Below are positions 1 to 8,567 of a stretch of DNA of 62,377 bases, piece after piece. The notes below the pieces were generated by a model that saw nothing but the letters and a program-made list of their open reading frames with translations, was not told where the DNA came from and searched no databases. Made by a program: the position numbers and the translations under genes. Source of the DNA: Phycisphaerae bacterium. Lineage in GTDB: Bacteria; Planctomycetota; Phycisphaerae; UBA1845; Fen-1342. The stretch's first letter is position 1. Each line of letters begins with the position of its first letter. The stretch lies in assembly GCA_050115495.1 (NCBI GenBank), contig JASFQK010000041.1, forward strand, positions 1-62,377, written 5' to 3'.

Positions 1-3000
1 CCCAGTCGCGATCCGCCGTCGCCACCGGCGTGCCCGAGCCGTACGTGCCGGTGTAGTACTCCGAGCCGGTCAGCTCGCTGCGGTCGTTGTAGGCGTACGA
101 CTCGTAGTACGCGCCGGCGAAGGCCGCACCGGTGCGCTGCAAGTGCGTCCGCAGGCCGATCTTGCCGTAGTACGGGTCGGCGCTTGCGTAGCCGTAGCCG
201 TAACCCGAGATCTCCGTGCCGGTCCCGCTGCCCCAGTAGTTCTGGACGGCGGTAACCAAAGCGCGGTCCGCGTCGTACGTCCGCGACGTCCACGCGACGA
301 TCGTTCCGGCGTCCTTGAACTCGAGCGCGTCGATCCAGTCCACATTCGCATTGTACGTGTAGAGGGCCCCGTCGGTTGCCCCGGTCGTGCCGGGCAGGCC
401 GGGACCGGTTACGTGGTTCAGCCGGCCGACGGCGTCGTAGCCGTAGCCAGCGGCGTAATACGTGTCCGGATAACCGTCTGTGCCCACCTGATAGCCGGAG
501 AACCGCCCGGCGATCGTCCCGCCGGAGCCGTCCTCGTAGACCTGCGTGATGATCTTGCCGGGGAAGAGGTTGTTCGTCCCCGAGGGGAAGGTCTCCGTGT
601 CCAGGGCCAGCGAGGTGGCGTCGTACGCGAAAGTTCGCTCGCCCGTGGCGTCCGTGACCGTGGCCAGCCGGCCGAGGCGGTCGTGCGTGTACCCGATGCT
701 CGGTGTGCCATCGCTGTACGTGACGCTGGTGAGCTCGCCGGTGTTGGCGTCGTAACCGTACGTCGTGGTGACGCCGCGGGCCCAGGTGCGTACGTAGAGC
801 TTGCCCTCGGCCGTGTACGTGTACGTGACGCTCTCGCTGTCGTCGTACTCCTTCTCCTCGAGCAAGCCGGTGGCGTCGTCGTAGGACCAGGTGGTCGTAT
901 CGGCGCTGGGCGGGCTCGCCGGCCAGGTGCCGGTCGTCCAGCCTGTGCCGCCGCGATAGGTCTCCAGCGTCGCACGCTGCCCGTAGGCGTCGTAGGTGGT
1001 CTGCGTCGGATAGGGGACGTCGCCCCAGACGTTCGTCGTCTGGCCGCGGTCGTTGTACCCGTAGTAGCTGTACTTGCTGCGGGCGTTCTCCACGGACTTC
1101 ACACGGCCGGGATAGACGAGGTCGCCCGAGTCGCTGCCCAGGTAGTAGGTGTACTCCGTGCGGTTGTCCGCCTCGTCATCCACCCAGTCCACCCGCCCGC
1201 AGGCGTCGTAGTGGGTCTCGGTGACCTTGCCGCGGCCGTCGGTGACGAGCGTCACGCGACCAAGAGCGTCGTGCGTGTACGCCGTCTGCACGCCGGTCTG
1301 GCTGATGTCATACGTCAACCGGCCGCCGCGCAGGTGGCGCTCGGCGGTCGAGCTGTCAGGGTGGATCGTGCTTTCGATGACCAGGGTGTTGGCGGCGTCG
1401 GTCTCGGTCTGATAGGTCGTCTGTTCGTTGAGGGCGTCGATCGAGATCGTCTCGCCGGTGATATCGCCGGTGAAGCCGGTCAGGCGAGTCCACTGGCTAC
1501 CGGTGGGCGTCTCGGTGGCGCTGCTGTCGGTGGCGTAGACCCAGGAGCGGGAGACGCTCCAGTAGACACTGCTGGCCTCTTCGATCGTGGACTGGTGCCG
1601 GGTGATGCGGTCGGCTTCGCCGTAGTCGATCGTGCCGTCGTCGTCGACGTCCTGGCAGGTGATGTCGACGCGGCCCAGTTCATCGTAATCGTAGAGCGTG
1701 TCCGCCCGGCCAGGGGTCTCCACACTCAGAAGCTGCCCCGTGGTCGTGCTGTAGTTGTACTGCGTGGTCAGCGTCCCCGGCGTGCCGCTAGCCCAACCCG
1801 GCCGCTGGATGCGGGCCGTTCGGCCGAGCATGTCGTAGTACGTCGTCTCGTAGCGCGGCGATGGCGAAGGTCCGGTAATGACGTTGGTGTAGGTCTCGGT
1901 GTGGTCCCCGACGGTGGCGACGCCGTACTCGTACTCCGTAGCCACCACGGTGGAACCGGTCACGCTCTTGACCCGGCCGTCGGCGTAGTACTCGGTAATG
2001 CGGTCGCGTACGCCGGGCGTGCCGGAACTGGCCGTTGCGAGGTAATCGCTGTACACGGTGACCTTGCGGCCACCGCCAGCGGCCGTGCCGTAGTCGTACA
2101 ACGTCCGGAGTGCGCCGTCGCCGGAGCCGCTGGTCGTCGTGATCAGCCGGTTGGCGCCGTCGTAGGCGTTTCTGGTGACCTGCGACAGCCCGCCGGCCGC
2201 GACCGTGATCTCGACGACGTTGGGTGTGGAGTAGTCGTAGCTCGTGACGATCTCTGCCTGGGCCGGATAACTCACGCTGTTCACGGTCGCGGCGGAGATG
2301 CTGTAGCGCGTTACGGAAACCTGCCGGCCCAACTCGTCGCTGACGTACTCCGTCTGGACGCCAGTGCTGTCCGTCACGATCCTCGTGCAGCATGAGTCGT
2401 AGCTGATCGTCTCGCCCGTGTTGTCGTGCCGGTCGACGGCGGTCAGCCGATGTTGATCGTCGTACGTCCGGGCGGTCCAACCCACACGCGCCCAGGCTGC
2501 CCCGGTGTAGACCCACTGCTCCTCGAGCACGGGCAATCCGCCCGGATCGACGATGACGACGTCCATCGTTGACTTGTTGGCGACGTAGACCGCTGCTCCG
2601 CTGTTGTCGTAACCGTGGGCGACTTGCCGGTAGTGGTAGCCCGGCGAATCCGTGCCCCCCAGGTTGTACGTGGGCGGCGTGCCAGCGTTGAGCGTGATCT
2701 CATCATCATAGTCGTATTCGTCACGACGGCCGTCCGGATAGACCACGTAGTCGAGCCGCTTGTGCGCCGCGTCCGCATACGCCCACGAGGTGTCCAACTC
2801 GTTTGTATCGCTCGTGTCGAGCCAGCGATGGGCAATCGTCTGGTCGGCCAAGGGATAGGTATAGTCGGTCGCCCGAACGAGCTGGCCGGCGTAGTGCCCC
2901 CGCACGCTGACGAGATGCGGCACAGGTGTGATACCGGTGCCAATCGCGAAGTGGTAGCACAGCCCAACGGAGCGCACATCAGTACCATCATGCGCGTCAA

Positions 3001-4360
3001 CGAATGACTCGTCCTCCACGCCGCTGGTCTCAGAGGCGCACAATTCCACCGTGGTCAGCCAGTTGCCCGGCCCGGTGGTCACGGGGGTGATGGTCCAGTC
3101 AGACTCGTAGGACGTCCACGAGCCATCCGGATGCTGAACAGACTCGCGGGTTATGCCCATTCCATCGACGTGCCAGCTCCACACCGTCTCCAGGTCCACG
3201 CCGTCCGGATCGACATTCTGCTGCGTGCGGAGCCAAACGCTCTCTCCGTTCCACGCGTACTCGCTGTATCGCTCGACGACCTTTAAGAGTTGGTTGGGAG
3301 GAGTGCTCCCATCCGTCACCGTGTAGGTCGAGACCTCATCGGCCCCGTCCACCGCCCACGCTATCCGCGCGACACGCAGCACACTGGCGCCGCCACCCAC
3401 GCCGTCCAGCGTCGTCAACGTCCAGTTGCGGCTCTGGTTGCCGTCCGCCACGTACTGATAGTGGACCCGCACGTCAAAGCCGCCGCCTACGGCAGCGACA
3501 TACTCGGTGACGTAGAGAGCGCTGTAGTCAGTCTCCGGGGACACCGCCGGGTTCTCAAGAACCCACTTCTTGTAAGGCGTACAAGAACTCATGTCACGGT
3601 ACCCGTATTGATCCGGTTCCGGCAGACCCACCAGCGTGAAGAAGTCCACCTCGTACGAATAGCTATCGAGCGCGTAGACGTCCACGAAGAGCTGCGGCGT
3701 TTCGACCTGAAAATCGTCACCAGGGCCCTCTACGACGAACACGTCATCGCGCACGAGGTCGTAATGCAGCGACGCCGGCGTGGCCAACTCGTGGCTGGGC
3801 CGGTCCTCGTGTACATACAGCACGCCGGCGGACTCGCCGTCTGTGGCCGTGCCCAGCGCGAAGCGGAGCGAGAGGCTCGTCATGTCCGTTTCGAGCCCGG
3901 GGACGGGCGGCGCGTACCCCGTGCCGCAGTTGGTGCACGTTCCGCTATCAGCGTGATCGGCCCCGTCATCGACGTGAACGCTGAAGACGTAAACGGCCGG
4001 TTCGTCGTCAAAGCAGATGGGCCCGTCATCTACGGTGATCATGATCATGTAGTCGCCTGTCCCCGGGAACGTATACCCTTGCCAGTCGTCGCCCAGGGAC
4101 GTGGCCACCCCGCATGGGTCAATAACCGTCACGTTGGTCGGACCGGCTTCGTCGTCGCAAGGGTCTCCGCCATCTGCGTCCGTGAAGCTGGCAGGATTGA
4201 TCCCCAGCCCGTCACCAACCGAGGCCCGTGCCGGCGGCGCGTTTCCTCTCGGCGCAGTCCCAGCCGTATACGAGTCCGCCCGACCGAACGGCGCAATGCT
4301 CAAGATCAGCACCGCGACCATGATCCCGACTACCCCGATGCCTCGCGGATTCTGCAGCAT
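1..4360 (-). CDS. YD/RHS-repeat protein with N-terminal signal peptide, 3' end outside window (>1450 aa)
   Basis: AGGAGG RBS then ATG at 4360 (MLQNPRGIGVVGIMVAVLILSIAPFGRA). Spot-translated segments in this frame give YD repeats (YDYDELGRV, YESYAYNDRSELTG) and the frame is still open at base 2. The ORF track lists no minus ORF starting here, consistent with no internal stop. The long + ORFs here are its codon-register shadows. Confidence 0.92.
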   Translation of the reverse strand, partial: MLQNPRGIGVVGIMVAVLILSIAPFGRADSYTAGTAPRGNAPPARASVGDGLGINPASFTDADGGDPCDDEAGPTNVTVIDPCGVATSLGDDWQGYTFPGTGDYMIMITVDDGPICFDDEPAVYVFSVHVDDGADHADSGTCTNCGTGYAPPVPGLETDMTSLSLRFALGTATDGESAGVLYVHEDRPSHELATPASLHYDLVRDDVFVVEGPGDDFQVETPQLFVDVYALDSYSYEVDFFTLVGLPEPDQYGYRDMSSCTPYKKWVLENPAVSPETDYSALYVTEYVAAVGGGFDVRVHYQYVADGNQSRNWTLTTLDGVGGGASVLRVARIAWAVDGADEVSTYTVTDGSTPPNQLLKVVERYSEYAWNGESVWLRTQQNVDPDGVDLETVWSWHVDGMGITRESVQHPDGSWTSYESDWTITPVTTGPGNWLTTVELCASETSGVEDESFVDAHDGTDVRSVGLCYHFAIGTGITPVPHLVSVRGHYAGQLVRATDYTYPLADQTIAHRWLDTSDTNELDTSWAYADAAHKRLDYVVYPDGRRDEYDYDDEITLNAGTPPTYNLGGTDSPGYHYRQVAHGYDNSGAAVYVANKSTMDVVIVDPGGLPVLEEQWVYTGAAWARVGWTARTYDDQHRLTAVDRHDNTGETISYDSCCTRIVTDSTGVQTEYVSDELGRQVSVTRYSISAATVNSVSYPAQAEIVTSYDYSTPNVVEITVAAGGLSQVTRNAYDGANRLITTTSGSGDGALRTLYDYGTAAGGGRKVTVYSDYLATASSGTPGVRDRITEYYADGRVKSVTGSTVVATEYEYGVATVGDHTETYTNVITGPSPSPRYETTYYDMLGRTARIQRPGWASGTPGTLTTQYNYSTTTGQLLSVETPGRADTLYDYDELGRVDITCQDVDDDGTIDYGEADRITRHQSTIEEASSVYWSVSRSWVYATDSSATETPTGSQWTRLTGFTGDITGETISIDALNEQTTYQTETDAANTLVIESTIHPDSSTAERHLRGGRLTYDISQTGVQTAYTHDALGRVTLVTDGRGKVTETHYDACGRVDWVDDEADNRTEYTYYLGSDSGDLVYPGRVKSVENARSKYSYYGYNDRGQTTNVWGDVPYPTQTTYDAYGQRATLETYRGGTGWTTGTWPASPPSADTTTWSYDDATGLLEEKEYDDSESVTYTYTAEGKLYVRTWARGVTTTYGYDANTGELTSVTYSDGTPSIGYTHDRLGRLATVTDATGERTFAYDATSLALDTETFPSGTNNLFPGKIITQVYEDGSGGTIAGRFSGYQVGTDGYPDTYYAAGYGYDAVGRLNHVTGPGLPGTTGATDGALYTYNANVDWIDALEFKDAGTIVAWTSRTYDADRALVTAVQNYWGSGTGTEISGYGYGYASADPYYGKIGLRTHLQRTGAAFAGAYYESYAYNDRSELTGSEYYTGTYGSGTPVATADRDW

Positions 4361-4706
4361 GACCTGTTCCTCCTTGTGCGCAGTGTTCCACATCGTCGAC
4401 ATTCGCTATTTGCCCCGTGCTTGCAGCGGAAGCGTCCCAGCAGCGCGCATAGACGCCCACTCGCTGGCTACCCCTCCGGGCACCTTCCGGTTCTTCGTTG
4501 ATTGCCCCACACGCCCCACAATAGTCCCCAAGTACTCGACTGTCTGCCAGAGGTCCTGCCTCAGCAGCCAATGCCTCAGGCTAACCCGACAACGCCCGCC
4601 TCTTCCCCAGAAAGAGAGCGAACCACTACTGCCGGCCGGTCGCGCATCTGCACCAACCCATCACGCCGTCGACACCCCAGGCCCCACTCCCCAAACTTCG
4701 ACGGAG

Positions 4707-4735
4707 ACTATAGCATGCCAATCCACGGGCCGCAA
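4707..4735 (-). promoter_or_regulatory. putative sigma70 promoter of the RHS gene
   Basis: Minus strand TTGCGG-N17-TATAGT with TGn extended -10 and an A-tract just upstream of the -35. Confidence 0.6.
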
Positions 4736-4827
4736 GAGTATTTTTCTCGGGCCTTCGGATTCGCCAGCGTGCGGGAGTCCCGCCTCCTCGAATGATCGGG
4801 CTGTCACCCCTCCGGAATCACGTCCAT

Positions 4828-5157
4828 TCAGTGACACCTGAGGTGCAGGCGCAGCGACGGTCCTCTGTGGTGGCCCGGCCGGGCGGCCACTGCGCCGCGC
4901 CGCCCACCGCGGATGATCACCGGCAGCCCGCGCGACCGGCCATTAGCCCCGGCCCGCAGGCCCCACCACACGCCCGTGGGGTCGATGGCCACGCACTGCT
5001 GGCCGGCGGCGAGCATTTCCTCCATCTGCACGATCGCCGTGTAGGTCTTGCCGGCGCCCTTGATCGCCAGGATGGCCTGCGTCCGCGTGACCAGGTCGGT
5101 CGGCAGCTCGAACCGCCTGCCGGCGCCCGTCCGTCCGATGTTGAGCTTCGCGTTCAT
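4828..5157 (-). pseudogene. truncated HerA/FtsK-like P-loop ATPase fragment
   Basis: RBS GAAAGGA; Walker A (AILAIKGAGKT) and IDPTGVWWGLR motif typical of HerA-like ATPases; only 109 aa, no Walker B, and the sequence degenerates after GLPVIIRGG. Confidence 0.7.
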
Positions 5158-5552
5158 CGTGACTGTTTCCTTTCGTCGTAGCCGGTGGCACCCGGTCGCG
5201 GTGCGTCGTAGCGGATCACGGCGGGTTGAATTTTGGACAGGGGAAAGAAAGTCTTTCTTCTACGGTGGCGGTTCCCGCGGCCATCAGGAAGGAAACCCGC
5301 CAGGAAGGACCCGCAACGTCGGTCAGCGGGTCCTACCGACGCGCCACATGCGGCAGCCGCGGCGGGAACAGTCACCGTGTTGGTTTAAATCGTTCGCCTT
5401 TCGCGCAATTGCTTGGCCGCCAGCACGTCAAGCCGTGTCGCACGTTGGCACACGTGCCCGTGTTTCGCGTTCCGCGGCCCGCTGGCGCGTTCAACATGCT
5501 CGGGTCGGCCCGACGGCACAGCGTGCCACGGCGCGGCCTCTCCGAGCGTTCT

Positions 5553-5846
5553 TCACGGCTTCCCCTTCGCCGTCTCGTCGGCCAGCAGCCGGCGGACCGC
5601 TTCGGCCCGCTCGGCGTCGGACAGCGGCAACCGGGCGAGCATGGCGACGGCTTCGGCGAAGCGCTCCCTCGCCGCGGCGGCGTCGCCCGCGCTCACCGCG
5701 TCGTCCGCGGTTGCCGGCGTCGCCTCAGACGGTCCGCCGTGCTCGATTTCCGCTCCGTTGGTACAAGCACTGGTACAAGCGTTCGACGGCGCGCTCGTAA
5801 GCTCTTGCCGCTCAACGCCTTCCGTGCGGCCCGGCGTGCCTTCCAA
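5553..5846 (-). CDS. possible small hypothetical protein overlapping the att region (start uncertain)
   Basis: C-terminal half looks helical and protein-like (RERFAEAVAMLARLPLSDAERAEAVRRLL); N-terminal half is just the translation of att-site DNA. Confidence 0.3.
   Translation of the reverse strand: MEGTPGRTEGVERQELTSAPSNACTSACTNGAEIEHGGPSEATPATADDAVSAGDAAAARERFAEAVAMLARLPLSDAERAEAVRRLLADETAKGKP
5759..5780. repeat. tandem 10-bp direct repeat TGGTACAAGC (candidate integrase arm-type sites)
   Basis: Perfect copies at 5759-5768 and 5771-5780, 57 bp from the tRNA-derived core. Confidence 0.7.
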
Positions 5847-5881
5847 GCTGAATGTTGCCGGTTCGAACCCGGTCGCCCGCT
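5838..5881 (+). mobile_element. attR-like site: 3' part of tRNA-Gly(TCC)
   Basis: Anticodon loop CTTCCAA, 3' stem GCTGA, T-arm GCCGG-TTCGAAC-CCGGT, acceptor 3' strand CGCCCGC and discriminator T; no 5' acceptor strand or D-arm upstream. Confidence 0.85.
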
Positions 5882-5981
5882 GTTGAAATGGGTTGCGTGA
5901 CGAACGCCGGGGGGTACGCTTGGCGCGGGTGAGGGCGCGAGGGGAGATCGTAGAGGGGGTGTCTCTTGGCAGACGGTAGTG

Positions 5982-8543
5982 CTACTGGCCCGGGTCCTGA
6001 CGGGGGAAGGCGCGGCGCGCGGGGTCGTGGAAGAACAGGAACCGCATGCGGGCCTCCTCGCCGTGACACTCCGTGCAGATGTTGGGCGGAACGAAGGGGC
6101 GGACCTGCGTTCGAATCGCACTCTGCTCAGCACGTGAGAGCGACTCACGCTGTGCCACCCGGCGGAGCAAGTCCAACCGGCCGTGCGAAAGGTGGCAGGT
6201 TCGGCACACGACACGCCCCGCCGGATGGATATGGCCCGCCGTGTCGAACAGCGGCAGGTAGCCGGGGGCATCCGGCGAGATCATGTTGAACATCTCCTTG
6301 TCAGGATGGGTCACGATCTGCGGGAGAGGGGCCACGCCGTCGGGACAGTGACACGCCAGGCAGGGCAGACGACCGCCGCGCATCTCTTCCGTCCCCTTGC
6401 ACCAGTCTCTCAGGAAACGCGGTGAGAGCATCTGCCCCCACAAGCCATCGCGGCTGGCGTGCATCGCGTGACACGGCTTGCAGGAATCAACGTCGAGGCC
6501 GAACCGGCTCAGGCTGTCCGCAGAGTGGCCGGTCTGCTTCACATACTCCTTCTCTTCATGGCAATGCAGGCACAAGCTCTCCGTCGGCTGATGGAGCGCG
6601 ACCCGGGCCAGGTGGACCGGCTCGACGCCGCCGTGGGGATCGTGACAGGTTCGACAGCCCATCCGCATGTTGCCGGCGTCGTCCTTGGGGACCAGCGCCA
6701 GCTTCACCTTGTCCTGCGTCGGCGAGATCTCGTGCGGGTGGATGGCCGCGATCCCGGAGTTCGCCCCCCAACCGGCATCGGGATGGCAGACCAGACACAC
6801 GTCGTCATGGTTCCCGACGGGCTCGGCGCCGCGGGCGCGGAACAGGTCCTTGCGCGCACCGCCGTGAGGCACGTGACAGGACAGGCAGGCCCCGCCCGGA
6901 GCACGGGACCCTTCGGGCCAGAGTTCGATATTCTGTGCGCTGTCATGCGGGCCGCCGACGAGCCGCGCCTGATCGGCATGGCAGGCGGAGCACAGCGTGA
7001 CTTGGTCCGCGGCCAGGTAGTTGGCGTGCTGGCGCTCGTGCGGATCGTGGCAATCCGTGCAAACCGTCTCCGGATGGTCGACGCCGTCGATCATGCGCTG
7101 TTCGCCGCACGCATCGGCCTGATGGCACGTGAGGCACTGTCCGGATGGATCGCCGGGGGCTGGCGCGGGCGGGCGAGCGAAGCGGTGCGAGAGGTGGCAG
7201 GCGCTACAGGCCCCGTACTCGGCGGGCGTCATGCCGGAGGCGTTCGGCTCGTCCGGGAAGTTCGTCCGCAGGTCGTGGGACGTGCCGAAAACGCCGTCGT
7301 GGCGCGGATGGCAGGCCCCGCACGTCTCGCCGTACTTCGGCTGGAACGCCAGCAGGGCCATCTTCGATTTGCTGCCGTGCACGCGATGGCAGGACACGCA
7401 CAGCAACTCGTTGTCGGGGCCGACACGTGTCTCCCACTGCCGAACGACTTCCTGTTGCTCCGAATTCAGAATGGGGCTCGCGCCGTGCCGCGGCACCACG
7501 CTCTCCGGCGAAGCCTCCACGCCGCGCTTGTCGTCGTGACAGGTCAGGCACAACTCGTTCGAGTCCGGACGTAACACGAGCAACGGCGCATACGCGCCGG
7601 CGTGTATCGAATGACACACCAGGCAGGTCAGCTCGTGAGAGCCCGCCGGTACATCCGCGCCCGCCGAGATCAGCGCCTGTGGAACCGGGTCGTCCATCGG
7701 TCCCAGCGGGTGCATGCCGACCAGCGCGCCGTCGGCGAGGCCCTCGTGACACGTGACACATAGGTCGCTGGCCGGCTGCTTGAGGAACTCGCCATGCGAC
7801 ATGTCGTGCGGATCGTGGCATTCGAGGCAATGCGCCTCGGGATGGTCCATCGCCATGCGGGCATGGTCCTCGGCACAGGCGTCGATCTGGTGGCAGGTCG
7901 TGCAGCGTCCGTCGGGGTCGTGCGCGCACGGCTGGAATTCGCGGGCGTACCGGTGGGCCAGGTGGCAGGGACTGCACGGGCCCCCTTCGTCGGCCGTCTC
8001 GCCGAGGCGGTTCCGCTCCGCCGGAGCCGAGGCACGCAGGTCGTGCGGCGTACCGCGGGCGTAGTGACCCGGGTGACAGCGTTCGCAGAGACTCCCGCCA
8101 CTCAGCGAGTCGGCGAGCATGTATCGCCCAGCCCGCCGCTCGCTCAGCGTGTGACAGGAAATGCAGATCAGGGTCTGGTCCAGACCGACGACCGTGCCCA
8201 TGTCGGCGACGGCCTGGAGTTGAGCGTCGCTGAGGTGGACGTTCTGCGGATGGCCATGCTCGACGTCCAGGCCGGCCATCGCCGGTCCGACCGGTTTGTG
8301 GCAGGCCAGGCAGTACGCGCTGCTTTCCGGGCTGCCCCAGTCGACGTCTTCCATGGTAGACGGCAGCCGTTGCGGCTCACGCTTCGCGGCGGCCTGGATA
8401 AAGGCCAACGCCGCGTAGCCTGTGCAAGCCAACATGGCCACGACGGCCAGGACGTGAACGACCGCGCCCACTTGCCGCAACCAGCGCCGGGGTCCGCCGG
8501 TCGAACGCGGTGGCTGGTGCGTGCTGTCGTGGCTGACGTTCAT
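5982..8543 (-). CDS. membrane-anchored multiheme cytochrome c, 23 CxxCH (doubled-CxxCH type)
   Basis: 853 aa; N-terminal hydrophobic helix; 23 CxxCH motifs counted, many in CxxCHxxH...CxxCH pairs. Confidence 0.95.
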   Translation of the reverse strand: MNVSHDSTHQPPRSTGGPRRWLRQVGAVVHVLAVVAMLACTGYAALAFIQAAAKREPQRLPSTMEDVDWGSPESSAYCLACHKPVGPAMAGLDVEHGHPQNVHLSDAQLQAVADMGTVVGLDQTLICISCHTLSERRAGRYMLADSLSGGSLCERCHPGHYARGTPHDLRASAPAERNRLGETADEGGPCSPCHLAHRYAREFQPCAHDPDGRCTTCHQIDACAEDHARMAMDHPEAHCLECHDPHDMSHGEFLKQPASDLCVTCHEGLADGALVGMHPLGPMDDPVPQALISAGADVPAGSHELTCLVCHSIHAGAYAPLLVLRPDSNELCLTCHDDKRGVEASPESVVPRHGASPILNSEQQEVVRQWETRVGPDNELLCVSCHRVHGSKSKMALLAFQPKYGETCGACHPRHDGVFGTSHDLRTNFPDEPNASGMTPAEYGACSACHLSHRFARPPAPAPGDPSGQCLTCHQADACGEQRMIDGVDHPETVCTDCHDPHERQHANYLAADQVTLCSACHADQARLVGGPHDSAQNIELWPEGSRAPGGACLSCHVPHGGARKDLFRARGAEPVGNHDDVCLVCHPDAGWGANSGIAAIHPHEISPTQDKVKLALVPKDDAGNMRMGCRTCHDPHGGVEPVHLARVALHQPTESLCLHCHEEKEYVKQTGHSADSLSRFGLDVDSCKPCHAMHASRDGLWGQMLSPRFLRDWCKGTEEMRGGRLPCLACHCPDGVAPLPQIVTHPDKEMFNMISPDAPGYLPLFDTAGHIHPAGRVVCRTCHLSHGRLDLLRRVAQRESLSRAEQSAIRTQVRPFVPPNICTECHGEEARMRFLFFHDPARRAFPRQDPGQ

Positions 8544-8567
8544 GTGTCCTTCAACCCATGTCGGAGG

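Noticed and set aside
4395..4425. c-di-GMP-I riboswitch-like GCACGGGGCAAA in the RHS leader
   Set aside because: The downstream GNRA stem, GCAAAG and P2 elements are absent.
143..4501. Long + strand ORFs 143-2395, 2615-3007 and 3290-4501
   Set aside because: Codon-register antisense shadows of the minus-strand RHS gene; V/R/G-rich with no motifs.
5808..5881. Intact tRNA-Gly gene
   Set aside because: No 5' acceptor strand or D-arm and the 5' anticodon stem is broken; only a 3' fragment is present.
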